Source: Candidatus Acidiferrales bacterium (GTDB lineage: Bacteria > Acidobacteriota > Terriglobia > Acidiferrales > UBA7541). From it: a DNA stretch of 64,000 bases. A program made the position numbers and the translations under genes. Positions within the stretch are counted from its first letter, which is position 1. The number at the start of each line of letters is the position of its first letter. This document shows positions 1 through 9,096 of the stretch, piece by piece. The notes below the pieces were generated by a model. It had not been told where the DNA came from and ran no database searches. It saw nothing but the letters and a program-made list of their open reading frames with translations. The DNA lies in NCBI GenBank assembly GCA_036796475.1, contig DAIRCW010000001.1, positions 2,127-66,126 on the forward strand, given 5' to 3'.

Positions 1-1
1 C

Positions 2-1966
2 AACGGTGTAGTCGTGAGCGAAGCCTTTGCCAAAGCCAACCGCTTAGAAGTCGGTGAGAGCATCGGGGCGGTAATCAATGGACGCTGGGAGCGGCTTCAA
101 ATTTCCGGAATCGCTATCTCGCCGGAATACGTTTATGAGATTCGCGGCGCGGAGGTCTTCCCGGATAATCGGAGATTTGGAGTTATGTGGATGAGCCGGG
201 ATGCGCTGGGGCCGCCATTTAACATGGAAGGAGCATTTAATGATGTTGCCGTTTCGCTCGCGCCGCGCGCCAGCGAGGCAGCCGTAATTGCGCAATTGGA
301 TGACGTCCTGAAACGGTATGGCGGGCTTGGCGCGTACGGACGCGCGGAGCAACTTTCGAACCGATTTCTTTCCGATGAAATCGAACAGGATCGAACGACC
401 GGTATCCTGATTCCCACGATATTTCTGGGAGTGGCGGCATTCCTCATCAACGCGGTGCTCTCAAGGCTGGTGATCACGCAGCGCGGACCGGTAGGCCTGC
501 TGAAATCATTCGGCTACAGCAATTCTTCGGTCGCCGGGCATTACGTGAAGTATTCCCTGGTGGCTGTTTTTGCCGGGACAATCGCCGGAGTTCCTTCCGG
601 CATTTGGCTGGGCCGCGGGCTGGCGAAATTGTACGCAGATTTTTTTCGATTTCCGAATTTCCATTTTGTGGCAAGCCCAACGGTGATCGGCTCGGCAGTC
701 ATTATCAGCGTCGCTGCGGCGTGTGTGGGGGCGCTCGGGGCATTGCGTTCGATTGCGACACTGCCTCCTGCGGAGGCGATGCGCCCGTCTGGCCCTTCCC
801 GTTTTCGGCCCGGAATTCTCGAACGGCTGGGGCTGCAGCGATGGGTATCGCTATCGTCGAGGATGATCTTGCGCAGCCTTGAGCGGCGGCCGTGGAAGGC
901 GGCGCTTTCGGTATTTTCCCTGGCGCTTGCGGGAGCGATCTTGATCGTCGGCTTCTACATGTATGACGGAATTGACTACATGATCGAGGTCGAATTTCAG
1001 GCGGCCTCGCGCGAGGACGTCACGGTAACGCTGAATGAGCCGCACGATTCCTCCGCTCGATTCGCGCTGGCACAGTTGCCCGGTGTAATGCAAGCGGAGC
1101 CATTTCGAGCGGTGGCCGCCAGGCTACGCTTCGAAAATCGTTCAAAACGAATTGCAATCATGGGCTTGCAACCGGACTCACAGCTTCGCCGGCTGATTGA
1201 TACACATTTGCGGAGCGTGAATCTTCCTGCGGGCGGAATCGTGCTTTCCTCGAATCTGGCGCGGATGCTTGGCGTTTCGCCGGGTGAAGCGATCATGGCC
1301 GAAGTTCTCGAAGGCAAGCGGCCGACAGGCGAGTTGATCGTCGAGGGAACTCTGGACGATTTGATCGGGACGTCGGCGTATATGGACATCAACGCGCTGA
1401 ACCGGCTGATGCACGAAGGACCGACCACGTCGGGCGCGTTTTTGGCGGTGGATGCGTCGATGGCTCAACGCCTGTATTCGTTTTTAAAAAGAACGCCATC
1501 GGTGAGCGGCGTAAGCGTGCGAGAAGCGATGCTCGCCAGCTTCCGGAATACGGTTGCACGCAGTCTGGGAATTTCTGTGGGAGCGCTGGTTGGATTTGCG
1601 TGCGTGATCGCGCTGGGAGTTATTTACAACGGCGCTCGGATCACTCTTTCCGAACGCGCTCATGAACTGGCATCTCTGCGCGTGCTCGGATTCACACAAA
1701 GAGAGATTGCCGGAATGCTTCTGGGAGAGCAGGCGGTGCTGGTGAGCGTTTCGATTCCGCTGGGATTCTGCCTGGGTTATGGAATTTGCGCGCTGCTGGT
1801 TCATGCCATGGCTTCGGAACTGTATCGCATGCCTCTGGTTGTTAGCGCGCGGACTTACACCTACAGCGGGTCAATCGTGGCAGTGGCATCGGCAATATCG
1901 GCCATGCTGATCTTCCAACGGCTCCGCCGGCTGGATCTGATTTCTGTGCTGAAGGCGAGAGAATAA
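2..1966 (+). CDS. ABC transporter permease, FtsX/MacB-like (5' partial, continues upstream of window)
   Basis: Frame is open to the window start. Hydrophobic FtsX-type helices (ILIPTIFLGVAAFLINAVL; C-terminal LRVLGFTQREIAGMLLGEQAVLVSVSIPLGF) flank large soluble loops. The TAA stop directly abuts the ATG of the adaptor gene. The ATPase partner is not in the window. Confidence 0.75.
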   Translation, partial: NGVVVSEAFAKANRLEVGESIGAVINGRWERLQISGIAISPEYVYEIRGAEVFPDNRRFGVMWMSRDALGPPFNMEGAFNDVAVSLAPRASEAAVIAQLDDVLKRYGGLGAYGRAEQLSNRFLSDEIEQDRTTGILIPTIFLGVAAFLINAVLSRLVITQRGPVGLLKSFGYSNSSVAGHYVKYSLVAVFAGTIAGVPSGIWLGRGLAKLYADFFRFPNFHFVASPTVIGSAVIISVAAACVGALGALRSIATLPPAEAMRPSGPSRFRPGILERLGLQRWVSLSSRMILRSLERRPWKAALSVFSLALAGAILIVGFYMYDGIDYMIEVEFQAASREDVTVTLNEPHDSSARFALAQLPGVMQAEPFRAVAARLRFENRSKRIAIMGLQPDSQLRRLIDTHLRSVNLPAGGIVLSSNLARMLGVSPGEAIMAEVLEGKRPTGELIVEGTLDDLIGTSAYMDINALNRLMHEGPTTSGAFLAVDASMAQRLYSFLKRTPSVSGVSVREAMLASFRNTVARSLGISVGALVGFACVIALGVIYNGARITLSERAHELASLRVLGFTQREIAGMLLGEQAVLVSVSIPLGFCLGYGICALLVHAMASELYRMPLVVSARTYTYSGSIVAVASAISAMLIFQRLRRLDLISVLKARE

Positions 1967-3148
1967 ATGGCGCGCGCTACCCGGAGAGTGATCCTCGGAA
2001 TACTCATCGCAATCGTGCTGGGGGGAATCGTTGCGTATGCGTTTTGGCCCTCGGCGATCTTGGTCGAGGCTGCAAAGGTCATCCGAGGGCCGTTGCAAGT
2101 GGCGGTAAATGAGGAAGGGCAGACGCGAGTTCATGATCGTTTTGTATTGTCTTCTCCGGTGGCGGGAAGGCTCATGCGCGTGAGCTTGGAGGATGGAGAT
2201 ACGGTTCAGAGAAACGAACTGGTGGCGCGAATCGAGCCGGTTCCGCTGAGCCAGCGGGAGCGGGAAGAGGTTTATGCGCGCGTGAAAGCGGCTGAGGCGG
2301 CGCTGCGCCAGGCGAGGGCTCGCGAAGCGCATGCGCGGGAAGATTTCGCGCAAGTTCAGAGAGACCGGAAGCGCGCCGAACAGCTGGCGAAATCGGGGGT
2401 GATTTCAGCGCAAGCTCTCGAGCAAACGAGGAACGCGGATATTACCGCTGGAGAAGAGCTGAGCGCGGCCGAATCAGGAGTGCAGGTTGCTGCTTCAGAA
2501 GAAAAAATTGCGCGTGCGGGCCTGGTTGGAATCGAGGCGAAGGCAGGCAGTCCTGCGCCACTGATTGAGCTGCGCTCGCCGCGTTCGAGCCGTGTGCTCC
2601 GTGTGCTTGAAAAAAGCGAGCGAGTTGTTCCCATGGGAACACCGATCCTGATTCTCGGCGACTCCGCGGACATCGAAATCGTTACTGAGGTGCTTTCGAC
2701 CGACGCCGTGAAGATTGCCGCAGGCGATGCTGTATTGGTGGATGGATGGGGAGGAGATCGTCCGCTTCGCGCTCGCGTGAGGCTGGTTGAGCCGTATGGC
2801 TTCACGAAAATATCGGCGCTCGGAGTGGAGGAACAGCGCGTCAACGTTATTTCGGATTTCCTCGACCGTAGCGCGGCGCTGGGCGATGGGTATCGGGTAG
2901 AAACTCACATTGTTATCTGGTCCGGGCAGAACGTGATGAAAGTGCCCATCAGCGCGATTTTCCGGCACGGACAGAGCTGGAGCGTTCATGTGATCGCGGG
3001 AAAACGTGCCGAATTGCGCGAGGTGGACGTGGGACATCGCAACGAAGCGGAAGCAGAGATTCAAAAGGGTTTGAGCGAAGGGGACCGAGTCATCGTGCAT
3101 CCGCCTTCGGAGTTACGCGCGGGAATGCGCGTGCGCTTTGATGAGTAG
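1967..3148 (+). CDS. HlyD-family membrane fusion / periplasmic adaptor protein
   Basis: N-terminal TM anchor (VILGILIAIVLGGIVAYAF), a long charged coiled-coil stretch (AEAALRQARAREAHAREDFAQVQRDRKRAEQL) and a beta-rich C-terminus. Immediately follows the permease. Confidence 0.8.
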   Translation: MARATRRVILGILIAIVLGGIVAYAFWPSAILVEAAKVIRGPLQVAVNEEGQTRVHDRFVLSSPVAGRLMRVSLEDGDTVQRNELVARIEPVPLSQREREEVYARVKAAEAALRQARAREAHAREDFAQVQRDRKRAEQLAKSGVISAQALEQTRNADITAGEELSAAESGVQVAASEEKIARAGLVGIEAKAGSPAPLIELRSPRSSRVLRVLEKSERVVPMGTPILILGDSADIEIVTEVLSTDAVKIAAGDAVLVDGWGGDRPLRARVRLVEPYGFTKISALGVEEQRVNVISDFLDRSAALGDGYRVETHIVIWSGQNVMKVPISAIFRHGQSWSVHVIAGKRAELREVDVGHRNEAEAEIQKGLSEGDRVIVHPPSELRAGMRVRFDE

Positions 3149-3178
3149 AAGCGTCAGGATTTCAGGAACGAAGGAAAG

Positions 3179-3802
3179 GTGATGTGGCCAGTCCTCCTTC
3201 TTTTTGCCATTGTTTTCCTGCTGAACCTCATTCCGGCTTTTGCGCCGCCGACGTGGATGGTCTTCTCATACCTCGGTTTCAGGAGCGCCTCAAACAATGT
3301 TGCATGGCTGGCACTTATCGGGGCCGCTGCAGCTACGCTGGGCAGAATCACACTCGCAAAATTGTCGCGCGTAATTATCCGGCAGAGATTCCTCCGCGAG
3401 TCCACGAAACAAAACATTGATGCCATACGGGAGAAGCTTCAGGGGAAACGCAAGCTGACATTCGGCGTGTTTCTTTTCTACGCTTTTTCGCCGCTTCCCT
3501 CGAATTATCTGTTCATCGCCTATGGCCTAACGGCCATGGAACTGAAACTTATCGCGCTGCCGTTTTTCCTAGGGCGCTCGGTGAGCTATGCATTTTGGGG
3601 GCTGACGTCGTCGGCCGTGGCGCACCGCGTCGCTATGGATTCAAAATGGGCGGCATCGTACCTCGGCGTTTGGTTCGTTATTTCGCAGATTTTGCTGCTG
3701 TATGCCATTTATCTGTTTACGCGAATCGACTGGCGGTTGCTATTCGCGGAACGAAAACTGAGGCTGATCGCGCGGGGTTCAAAACTGCGGCATGTGTCGT
3801 GA
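3179..3802 (+). CDS. small polytopic membrane protein, possibly DedA/VTT (YqaA-like)
   Basis: 207 aa with about 5 hydrophobic helices. The N-terminal LLNLIPAFAPPTWMV motif resembles VTT-domain proteins. The start is either GTG 3179 or ATG 3182, preceded by AAGGAAAGG. Confidence 0.45.
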   Translation: MMWPVLLLFAIVFLLNLIPAFAPPTWMVFSYLGFRSASNNVAWLALIGAAAATLGRITLAKLSRVIIRQRFLRESTKQNIDAIREKLQGKRKLTFGVFLFYAFSPLPSNYLFIAYGLTAMELKLIALPFFLGRSVSYAFWGLTSSAVAHRVAMDSKWAASYLGVWFVISQILLLYAIYLFTRIDWRLLFAERKLRLIARGSKLRHVS

Positions 3803-3809
3803 GTGCGTT

Positions 3810-4688
3810 TTATTGCCCCTTGAGGAAGGACGCGAGAGTAAGCCACAGCAGCACGAATCCGGCGACGATGACAGCCGTGCCAATGGCACGCGCCAATATT
3901 TTCAGCCTTGATGATGGCGCGGTTGCTTGCACGGCAGGCAATTGACCTCTCTCCAGCAGACGTTGATATTCAAGAGGGTGTTTTTCCTTTAGTTCTTTTT
4001 CGGTCTGGCGGCCCGTGAAGATGACCAGGTCCATGGGAAAACTTCCCGGACGCAAGTGAGTATTAAAGAAATGGATGGCGAAAATGAACCAGACGGCGAG
4101 GAGGGCTTCTTCTCCGTGGATCAAGAGTGCAATGTTGAGCCATGAGCCAGGGATGATCCTTGCGACGAATGGCGCAAACCACATGGCGTATCCGGATATG
4201 CCGATTATGGCCATGCCCCAGAAAACCGCCCAGTAATCGAATTTCTCCCAATAGGCAAAACGATCAAATTTGGGCCGCGGGCCGAGCTATAAGAACCAAC
4301 GAACATGGCGGTAGAGATCCTGAAAATCTTTTGGATTGGGTACCATGGAATTCGGACCCCAGAAGAGCCCTTTCTGCTTCTTGAGAAATGTACTGCGGGC
4401 GATATCGCCGAGATGAATCAGAAAGGCCACACTCAGAACTACGGCGCAGAATTTGTGGAAGAACAGAATCGCGCTGAATCCGCCGACTGCATGAGCGAAT
4501 CCCGCAGCCCAGCGGGCATGGCTGAAGCGAAGAACCATTCCAGTCAAAGCCAGCCCAAGAAAAGTCGCCATGATGGTGGCGTGCAGATAGCGCTGGCCCG
4601 AGGAGAAGCGCCGGTAGTATTGAGCAGCTGAACCGGCCGAGCTTATTCCAGACTGGTTCAAATCTTCGCTAATCGCCGCTTTGGACAT
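3810..4688 (-). pseudogene. FdnI/HydC-type (formate dehydrogenase gamma-like) cytochrome b, interrupted by one in-frame TAG at 4287-4289
   Basis: ORFs 4287..4766 and 3810..4214 are in the same frame. Translation across the stop reads ...[40 protein letters not shown]..., so conserved-looking TM sequence continues through the stop. The likely start is ATG 4688, with GAGGAAAGG 7 nt upstream. Confidence 0.7.
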
Positions 4689-5904
4689 GCGCGCCTTTCC
4701 TCGAGTGCTCAAATGCAGAGCGGATAAACCACAAAATTGTGTGCAGGCCGAAAAATCCCAGAACAACGAGCAGCAGCAGATTCATAAACCGAGCAGCAAA
4801 ATAAAGCGCAGGAAAGGATTTCCGGTCGCGCGGACTGGCGTGAGGATGGTAGGTGACAAAGCTCGCGCTCGCGCCGTTGTGGCATTGACCGCAAGTCGCC
4901 GTCAGATTGGAGGCTGCTACCGAGGAGTGCGGATCCGAAGCGGGAAGGATGGTGTGTTCGCGATGGCAATTCCAACAATGGGCGGTGGCGGCGTACCCAA
5001 GCGCTGAGACTTGCGCGTGAAAGGTGTCCTGATAGGTGGCAAACCGCGCCTGATGGCAGCTTCCGCAAGTTGCGGTTGTCTTCTCCTGCCACTCACCGGA
5101 CTGCACGTTAGAGATCTGGTGTGCGGTGTGGCAATCACTGCAAACCGGCGCTCCGGCATTTCCGGCCTTCAACGTCAGTCCATGAATTCCCGCGAAATAA
5201 GCGGCTTTGGGCCCTGCGTGGCAGGAGCCGCAGGTGTCCGGAATGTTGGCTCGATAGGTCCGGCTCTGCGGATTGGTGCGGCTCAGGATTTTGTGAGTGC
5301 CGTGGCAACTGGAGCAGGAAGCTGCCACGAGCAAGCCGTCTTTGGACAAGGCGAAACCGTGGATTGAATCCATGTACATCGAGTACACGTTGGGAAAACC
5401 GAACTTCTTGGCCATTTCGGGATTGCCATGGCAGGAGCCACAGGTTTTGGGGATGTTCAGCGCGAAAACGGGCGAAGCGGCGTCTTTTACCGGGACAATC
5501 GAGTGCGGATCGCCATGGCAGCCCAAACAAGGAATCGCGCTGGCTTTGGCATGAACGCTTGTGGACACATCCGCAGACTCATCGGCGTGGCACGTCGCGC
5601 AATTGACCGCCGCAGGATGATCCGGATGAGGATAGCCTTTGATGTCGGCATGGCAATCTGTACAACTCAAACTGCCGTGGACGCTCTTGGCCTGTTTCTG
5701 GCCATCCACGAAGACGCTGTGCCCTGCTTGATTTTTCAAATCCTGCTGCCCGTGACAGGCAAGGCAGTCGTCATTCTTCTGCGCCAGGGCAGGTGTGGCA
5801 GCGAGGAACACTGCCGCCGCGATGAACAGGCAATACGCGGGAGTGCCAGCTAGCAGGGCGCGAAAGAATCGAGAAGGAGGCCGAAGCTGGGGGCGAAAGT
5901 TCAT
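4669..5904 (-). CDS. undecaheme c-type cytochrome with signal peptide and C-terminal TM helix
   Basis: Eleven CXXCH motifs: CLACH, CTDCH, CATCH, CLGCH, CGSCH, CSSCH, CGSCH, CSDCH, CGSCH, CWNCH, CGQCH. N-terminal signal-like segment ending ALAQ. C-terminal helix FMNLLLLVVLGFFGLHTILWFI. ATGA overlap with the upstream gene. Confidence 0.9.
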   Translation of the reverse strand: MNFRPQLRPPSRFFRALLAGTPAYCLFIAAAVFLAATPALAQKNDDCLACHGQQDLKNQAGHSVFVDGQKQAKSVHGSLSCTDCHADIKGYPHPDHPAAVNCATCHADESADVSTSVHAKASAIPCLGCHGDPHSIVPVKDAASPVFALNIPKTCGSCHGNPEMAKKFGFPNVYSMYMDSIHGFALSKDGLLVAASCSSCHGTHKILSRTNPQSRTYRANIPDTCGSCHAGPKAAYFAGIHGLTLKAGNAGAPVCSDCHTAHQISNVQSGEWQEKTTATCGSCHQARFATYQDTFHAQVSALGYAATAHCWNCHREHTILPASDPHSSVAASNLTATCGQCHNGASASFVTYHPHASPRDRKSFPALYFAARFMNLLLLVVLGFFGLHTILWFIRSAFEHSRKGAHVQSGD

Positions 5905-7352
5905 TTAATTCCGAGCTCCGTCAGTACCTTCGGATTGTGTTCATCCACAGCGATGAGGTCATGGCAGGCATCGCAATCGTTGGGAATGGTCTTCCCGTCC
6001 GCAGAGGTGTGGCTGCCATCGTGGCAACGGAAGCATCCCGGCCAATCGGTGTGACCGATATTATTGGGATAAGTGCCCCAAGTGACGTTCATCGAGGGGA
6101 ATACATTGCGCAGGTAAATTCCCTGAATGGCGGTGATGGCCTGGTCGAGCTTTGATTTCTGAGAAGCCACAACCTGCGGATAATTCTTCTCGTAAAAATC
6201 TCGAAGAGCGGTTGCGATTTCTGTTCTGGCGCTCTCGCGATCTGAATAGGTTTTCTTTAGGACTTCCAGTGCTTCCTTCTTGATGAACGGAAGATCCGCG
6301 CTGATAAACGATTCGGAAATCGCTTGGTCCAAGGCAGACTCCGGCATTTGGAATGTATGAGTCGGGCGGTTATGGCAATCCATGCAATCCATGACGCGAT
6401 GCTCGCCCTTCGCGAGTTGGTCAGGCGTAGGTTTCGTGTCCGTGGAGGTGAATACGGTCGCCTTGCCTGAGGGATCGGTATAGGTGACCTGCCCAATCAT
6501 CTGGCGCTTTGCATCTGTGGCGATGTAGGTGATTCGCACACCGGGATCGAGGTGGTATCCATGAATGCCGACGCTGCCGGTGGCGCTTGTTCCGCCAACC
6601 TTCATGAGCAATACGGTGGTTGAGGATGTATTGGCGGCATCGTCTTTGTAATGGTTGCGAACCAGGAGGACGTTACCTAAGAATCTCTGAGGCCAGTGGC
6701 ACTGTTCGCAAGTGGCGCGCGCGGGGCGCAACTGCTCGACCGGTGAGGGTATGGGGCGCGGATAATCATGGAAGGCAACGGCAAAGACCTGGCGGGTGCC
6801 TGAGACTTTGGAACGCACGAACCAGGATGCTCCCGGTCCGATGTGACATTCGACACAAGCAACACGGGAATGCGGCGAATGCTGGTAGGCCGTGAATTCC
6901 GGCTGCATCACGGTGTGACACGTCTGGCCGCAGAATTGGACGGAATCCATGTACTGTGTGCCTTTGTAAGCAGCGGTGGTGAAGATAACGATATTCAGGA
7001 AAGTGGCCATGGTGACGAGGACGGCGGTTCTTCGGAGGAACGGGTCGGCGAAGTCAACGCGCGGATATTCGGACGGAAGTTCGCCACGGCGGCGCAGGTG
7101 GCTTCGCCGGAGGAGAGCGCCGATGGGCATCAAGATGAGTCCCAGGATGAAAACCGAAGGCAGAGCGAGCAGAAAAATGATGCCTGAATAGGGGTAGGTG
7201 CTGACTCCGCCGCCGAGGAGAATCTCGAAAATCCAATAGAGGATCATGGTGACGGCGGCAGTGGTGGTGAGCACGACGCCGATTAACGAGATGGTGTTTC
7301 GGCCAAGATAGGCGAGAGGACGGAACCAGGCAGCCAGCCGTTCAGAGGGCAT
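5901..7352 (-). CDS. membrane-anchored multiheme c-type cytochrome with NapC/NirT-like region (ImcH-like)
   Basis: Three N-terminal TM helices. NapC/NirT-like block FCGQTCHTVMQPEFTAYQHSPHSRVACVECHIG. Five canonical CXXCH motifs (CVECH, CEQCH, CMDCH, CFRCH, CDACH) plus one CX3CH (CGQTCH). Confidence 0.85.
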   Translation of the reverse strand: MPSERLAAWFRPLAYLGRNTISLIGVVLTTTAAVTMILYWIFEILLGGGVSTYPYSGIIFLLALPSVFILGLILMPIGALLRRSHLRRRGELPSEYPRVDFADPFLRRTAVLVTMATFLNIVIFTTAAYKGTQYMDSVQFCGQTCHTVMQPEFTAYQHSPHSRVACVECHIGPGASWFVRSKVSGTRQVFAVAFHDYPRPIPSPVEQLRPARATCEQCHWPQRFLGNVLLVRNHYKDDAANTSSTTVLLMKVGGTSATGSVGIHGYHLDPGVRITYIATDAKRQMIGQVTYTDPSGKATVFTSTDTKPTPDQLAKGEHRVMDCMDCHNRPTHTFQMPESALDQAISESFISADLPFIKKEALEVLKKTYSDRESARTEIATALRDFYEKNYPQVVASQKSKLDQAITAIQGIYLRNVFPSMNVTWGTYPNNIGHTDWPGCFRCHDGSHTSADGKTIPNDCDACHDLIAVDEHNPKVLTELGIK

Positions 7353-7648
7353 GCGCGCACGCTTCCTTAGTCGCTCCCGGAAGGGCAGGTCTACAGAGGA
7401 GCACGTTATCTAGTTCAAAAGTTACGCGAATTCTAAACGCGTTCATTGTATTGTGAAAGCAACAAAAATGGCGCGTGTAGCGGATCCTGCAAAGCGCTGC
7501 TGCACGGGCAAACTAATTCGCATTCGGCCGTCACTTGAAATTTTCAACAGTTATTGGCCAAGCAGCGGTGATTTACGTCACATCGGGAGGTAATGTTTTC
7601 GCGCAAACTGTGGGTGCAATTACGGGAGTATCCACAGGAGGTCCAGCC

Positions 7649-7819
7649 ATGGTTTCGTCCAACGCAGTGCAATCTCCGCAGAAGAAAACGGCGAAACACG
7701 AGGAAATCTGCGCGGTGTGCGGCAAGCCTTCGCGGGAAACCATCTGCCACGCTTGCGCGGACAAAGTGCAGGCGGAAGCTGTGTCGCGAAAGAAGCGGCA
7801 GAACAAAGGCGAAGAGTAA
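7649..7819 (+). CDS. small hypothetical zinc-ribbon protein (56 aa)
   Basis: ATG 7649 is preceded by GGAGG at about -8. Paired CxxC...CxxC (CAVCGK...CHAC) and a basic tail. The longer TTG 7535 start has no support. Confidence 0.3.
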   Translation: MVSSNAVQSPQKKTAKHEEICAVCGKPSRETICHACADKVQAEAVSRKKRQNKGEE

Positions 7820-7991
7820 GGGTTTTAGCAGCCATTCTGCATCCGAAAATAAGCCGTGGCGGCGGGTCAGTTTGAAGCGCCTGTGTGAGTATCAAGAAAA
7901 TTCAAACTGACCTGCCTGAAACAGCTTGCGTTGACAATCCTCTCATCCCGCGTGAAAATAAATTCTCCTGTGTTGCCCCGCTTTTCGCATT

Positions 7992-8078
7992 GCCCAAGTG
8001 GCGGAATTGGCAGACGCGCCAGCTTCAGGAGCTGGTGGCCGCAAGGTCGTGGAGGTTCGAGTCCTCTCTTGGGCACCA
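7992..8078 (+). tRNA. tRNA-Leu (anticodon CAG), long variable arm, encoded CCA
   Basis: Acceptor stem GCCCAAG/CTTGGGC. Anticodon stem CCAGC/GCTGG with loop TTCAGGA (CAG at 8026-8028). Long variable arm, T-loop GGTTCGAGTCC, discriminator A plus CCA. Confidence 0.95.
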
Positions 8079-8202
8079 AAGATACCAAAATATTTCTATT
8101 GGAATAGCACGGCTGCACTGAGAGCTGTTTTGCGCCTGTCGTTCACCGCGTTGCGAATCCAGTGTTGTAGCCGCGAGCGAGATAATCTGTTAGTTTGCCT
8201 GC

Positions 8203-8946
8203 GTGAAGATAACGCTGCAGGGACGGATTGTGTTTGGCGCGGCGGCGGTGCTGTTCGGCGTCATCGCGCTGATGTGGCATGACGCTGCTACTTGGCAAAA
8301 CTTGCAGCATATTTGGAGATTGCCCTTGGGCGCTGTCATCGGCGGCTGTCTCATGGGCGCGCAAATTACCGGTGGGATTGGAATACTGTACGCGCGCACT
8401 GAGCGTTTAGCCGCGATCGTACTAAGTGTTGTTTACTTGTGCTTCTCGCTCGCTTGTATCCCCGACATCATTGCCGCAGCGAACGTCTACGACAAATACG
8501 GCGGGAGCTTCTTCGTATTCTTTTCTATGTTTTGCGGCGCGATAGCATTGTTTGCTGCGAGTGAGCAGAACGGTTCACGGGCGCGATTACTTGGCCGACT
8601 GGCGCGAGTTGGACTTGGAGTCTGCGCGATTTCTTTTACGTTGGGCCAGGCGCTGTTACTTCGGGACACGGCTGGACTGGTTCCCAAATGGATTCCGCCC
8701 AGCCAGATGTTTTGGTCGATACTCACGACGGTCGCGTTTGCAATGGCGGCGATCGCTATTCTTATCAATTTTAAGGCAAGGCTTGCGATGCGTTTGATGG
8801 GGTTGATGTTGGTACTCTTCGGCTTCCTGGTTTGGATTCCGCATGTGGCCGCTCATCCAAGCGCCCACTTCAATTGGTCGGAGTGCGCGCTGACTTTCCT
8901 CGTTGCGGGAGCGGCTTGGGTCGTGGCTGAGTCAAAATCTTTCTAA
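8203..8946 (+). CDS. hypothetical polytopic membrane protein
   Basis: 247 aa, about 7-8 hydrophobic helices, no recognisable catalytic motif, GTG start. Confidence 0.5.
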   Translation: MKITLQGRIVFGAAAVLFGVIALMWHDAATWQNLQHIWRLPLGAVIGGCLMGAQITGGIGILYARTERLAAIVLSVVYLCFSLACIPDIIAAANVYDKYGGSFFVFFSMFCGAIALFAASEQNGSRARLLGRLARVGLGVCAISFTLGQALLLRDTAGLVPKWIPPSQMFWSILTTVAFAMAAIAILINFKARLAMRLMGLMLVLFGFLVWIPHVAAHPSAHFNWSECALTFLVAGAAWVVAESKSF

Positions 8947-9096
8947 TCGTATCTTTGTGACTGCGGGTTGAGGGAAATCATCGAAGAAGTGCGGTTGAAC
9001 AGAAATTTGCATTCATTTTTTTCTTTTTTCAAGCGCCAGCCTCCATCACAATAGTCCGCTTTTGGTGTGTCTGAAAAACGAGGACGCAGAATCAGC

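Noticed and set aside
4287-4289. The in-frame TAG in the cytochrome b gene read as a pyrrolysine or other recoding signal.
   Set aside because: There are no pyl genes and no recoding element in the window, and this lineage is not known to use pyrrolysine. A nonsense mutation, sequencing error or low-level readthrough is the more economical explanation. The observation itself is kept as a finding.
7535-7648. A TTG-initiated 94-aa version of the small zinc-ribbon ORF.
   Set aside because: There is no RBS at 7535. The internal ATG 7649 has GGAGG at the correct distance, and even the short version is given low confidence.
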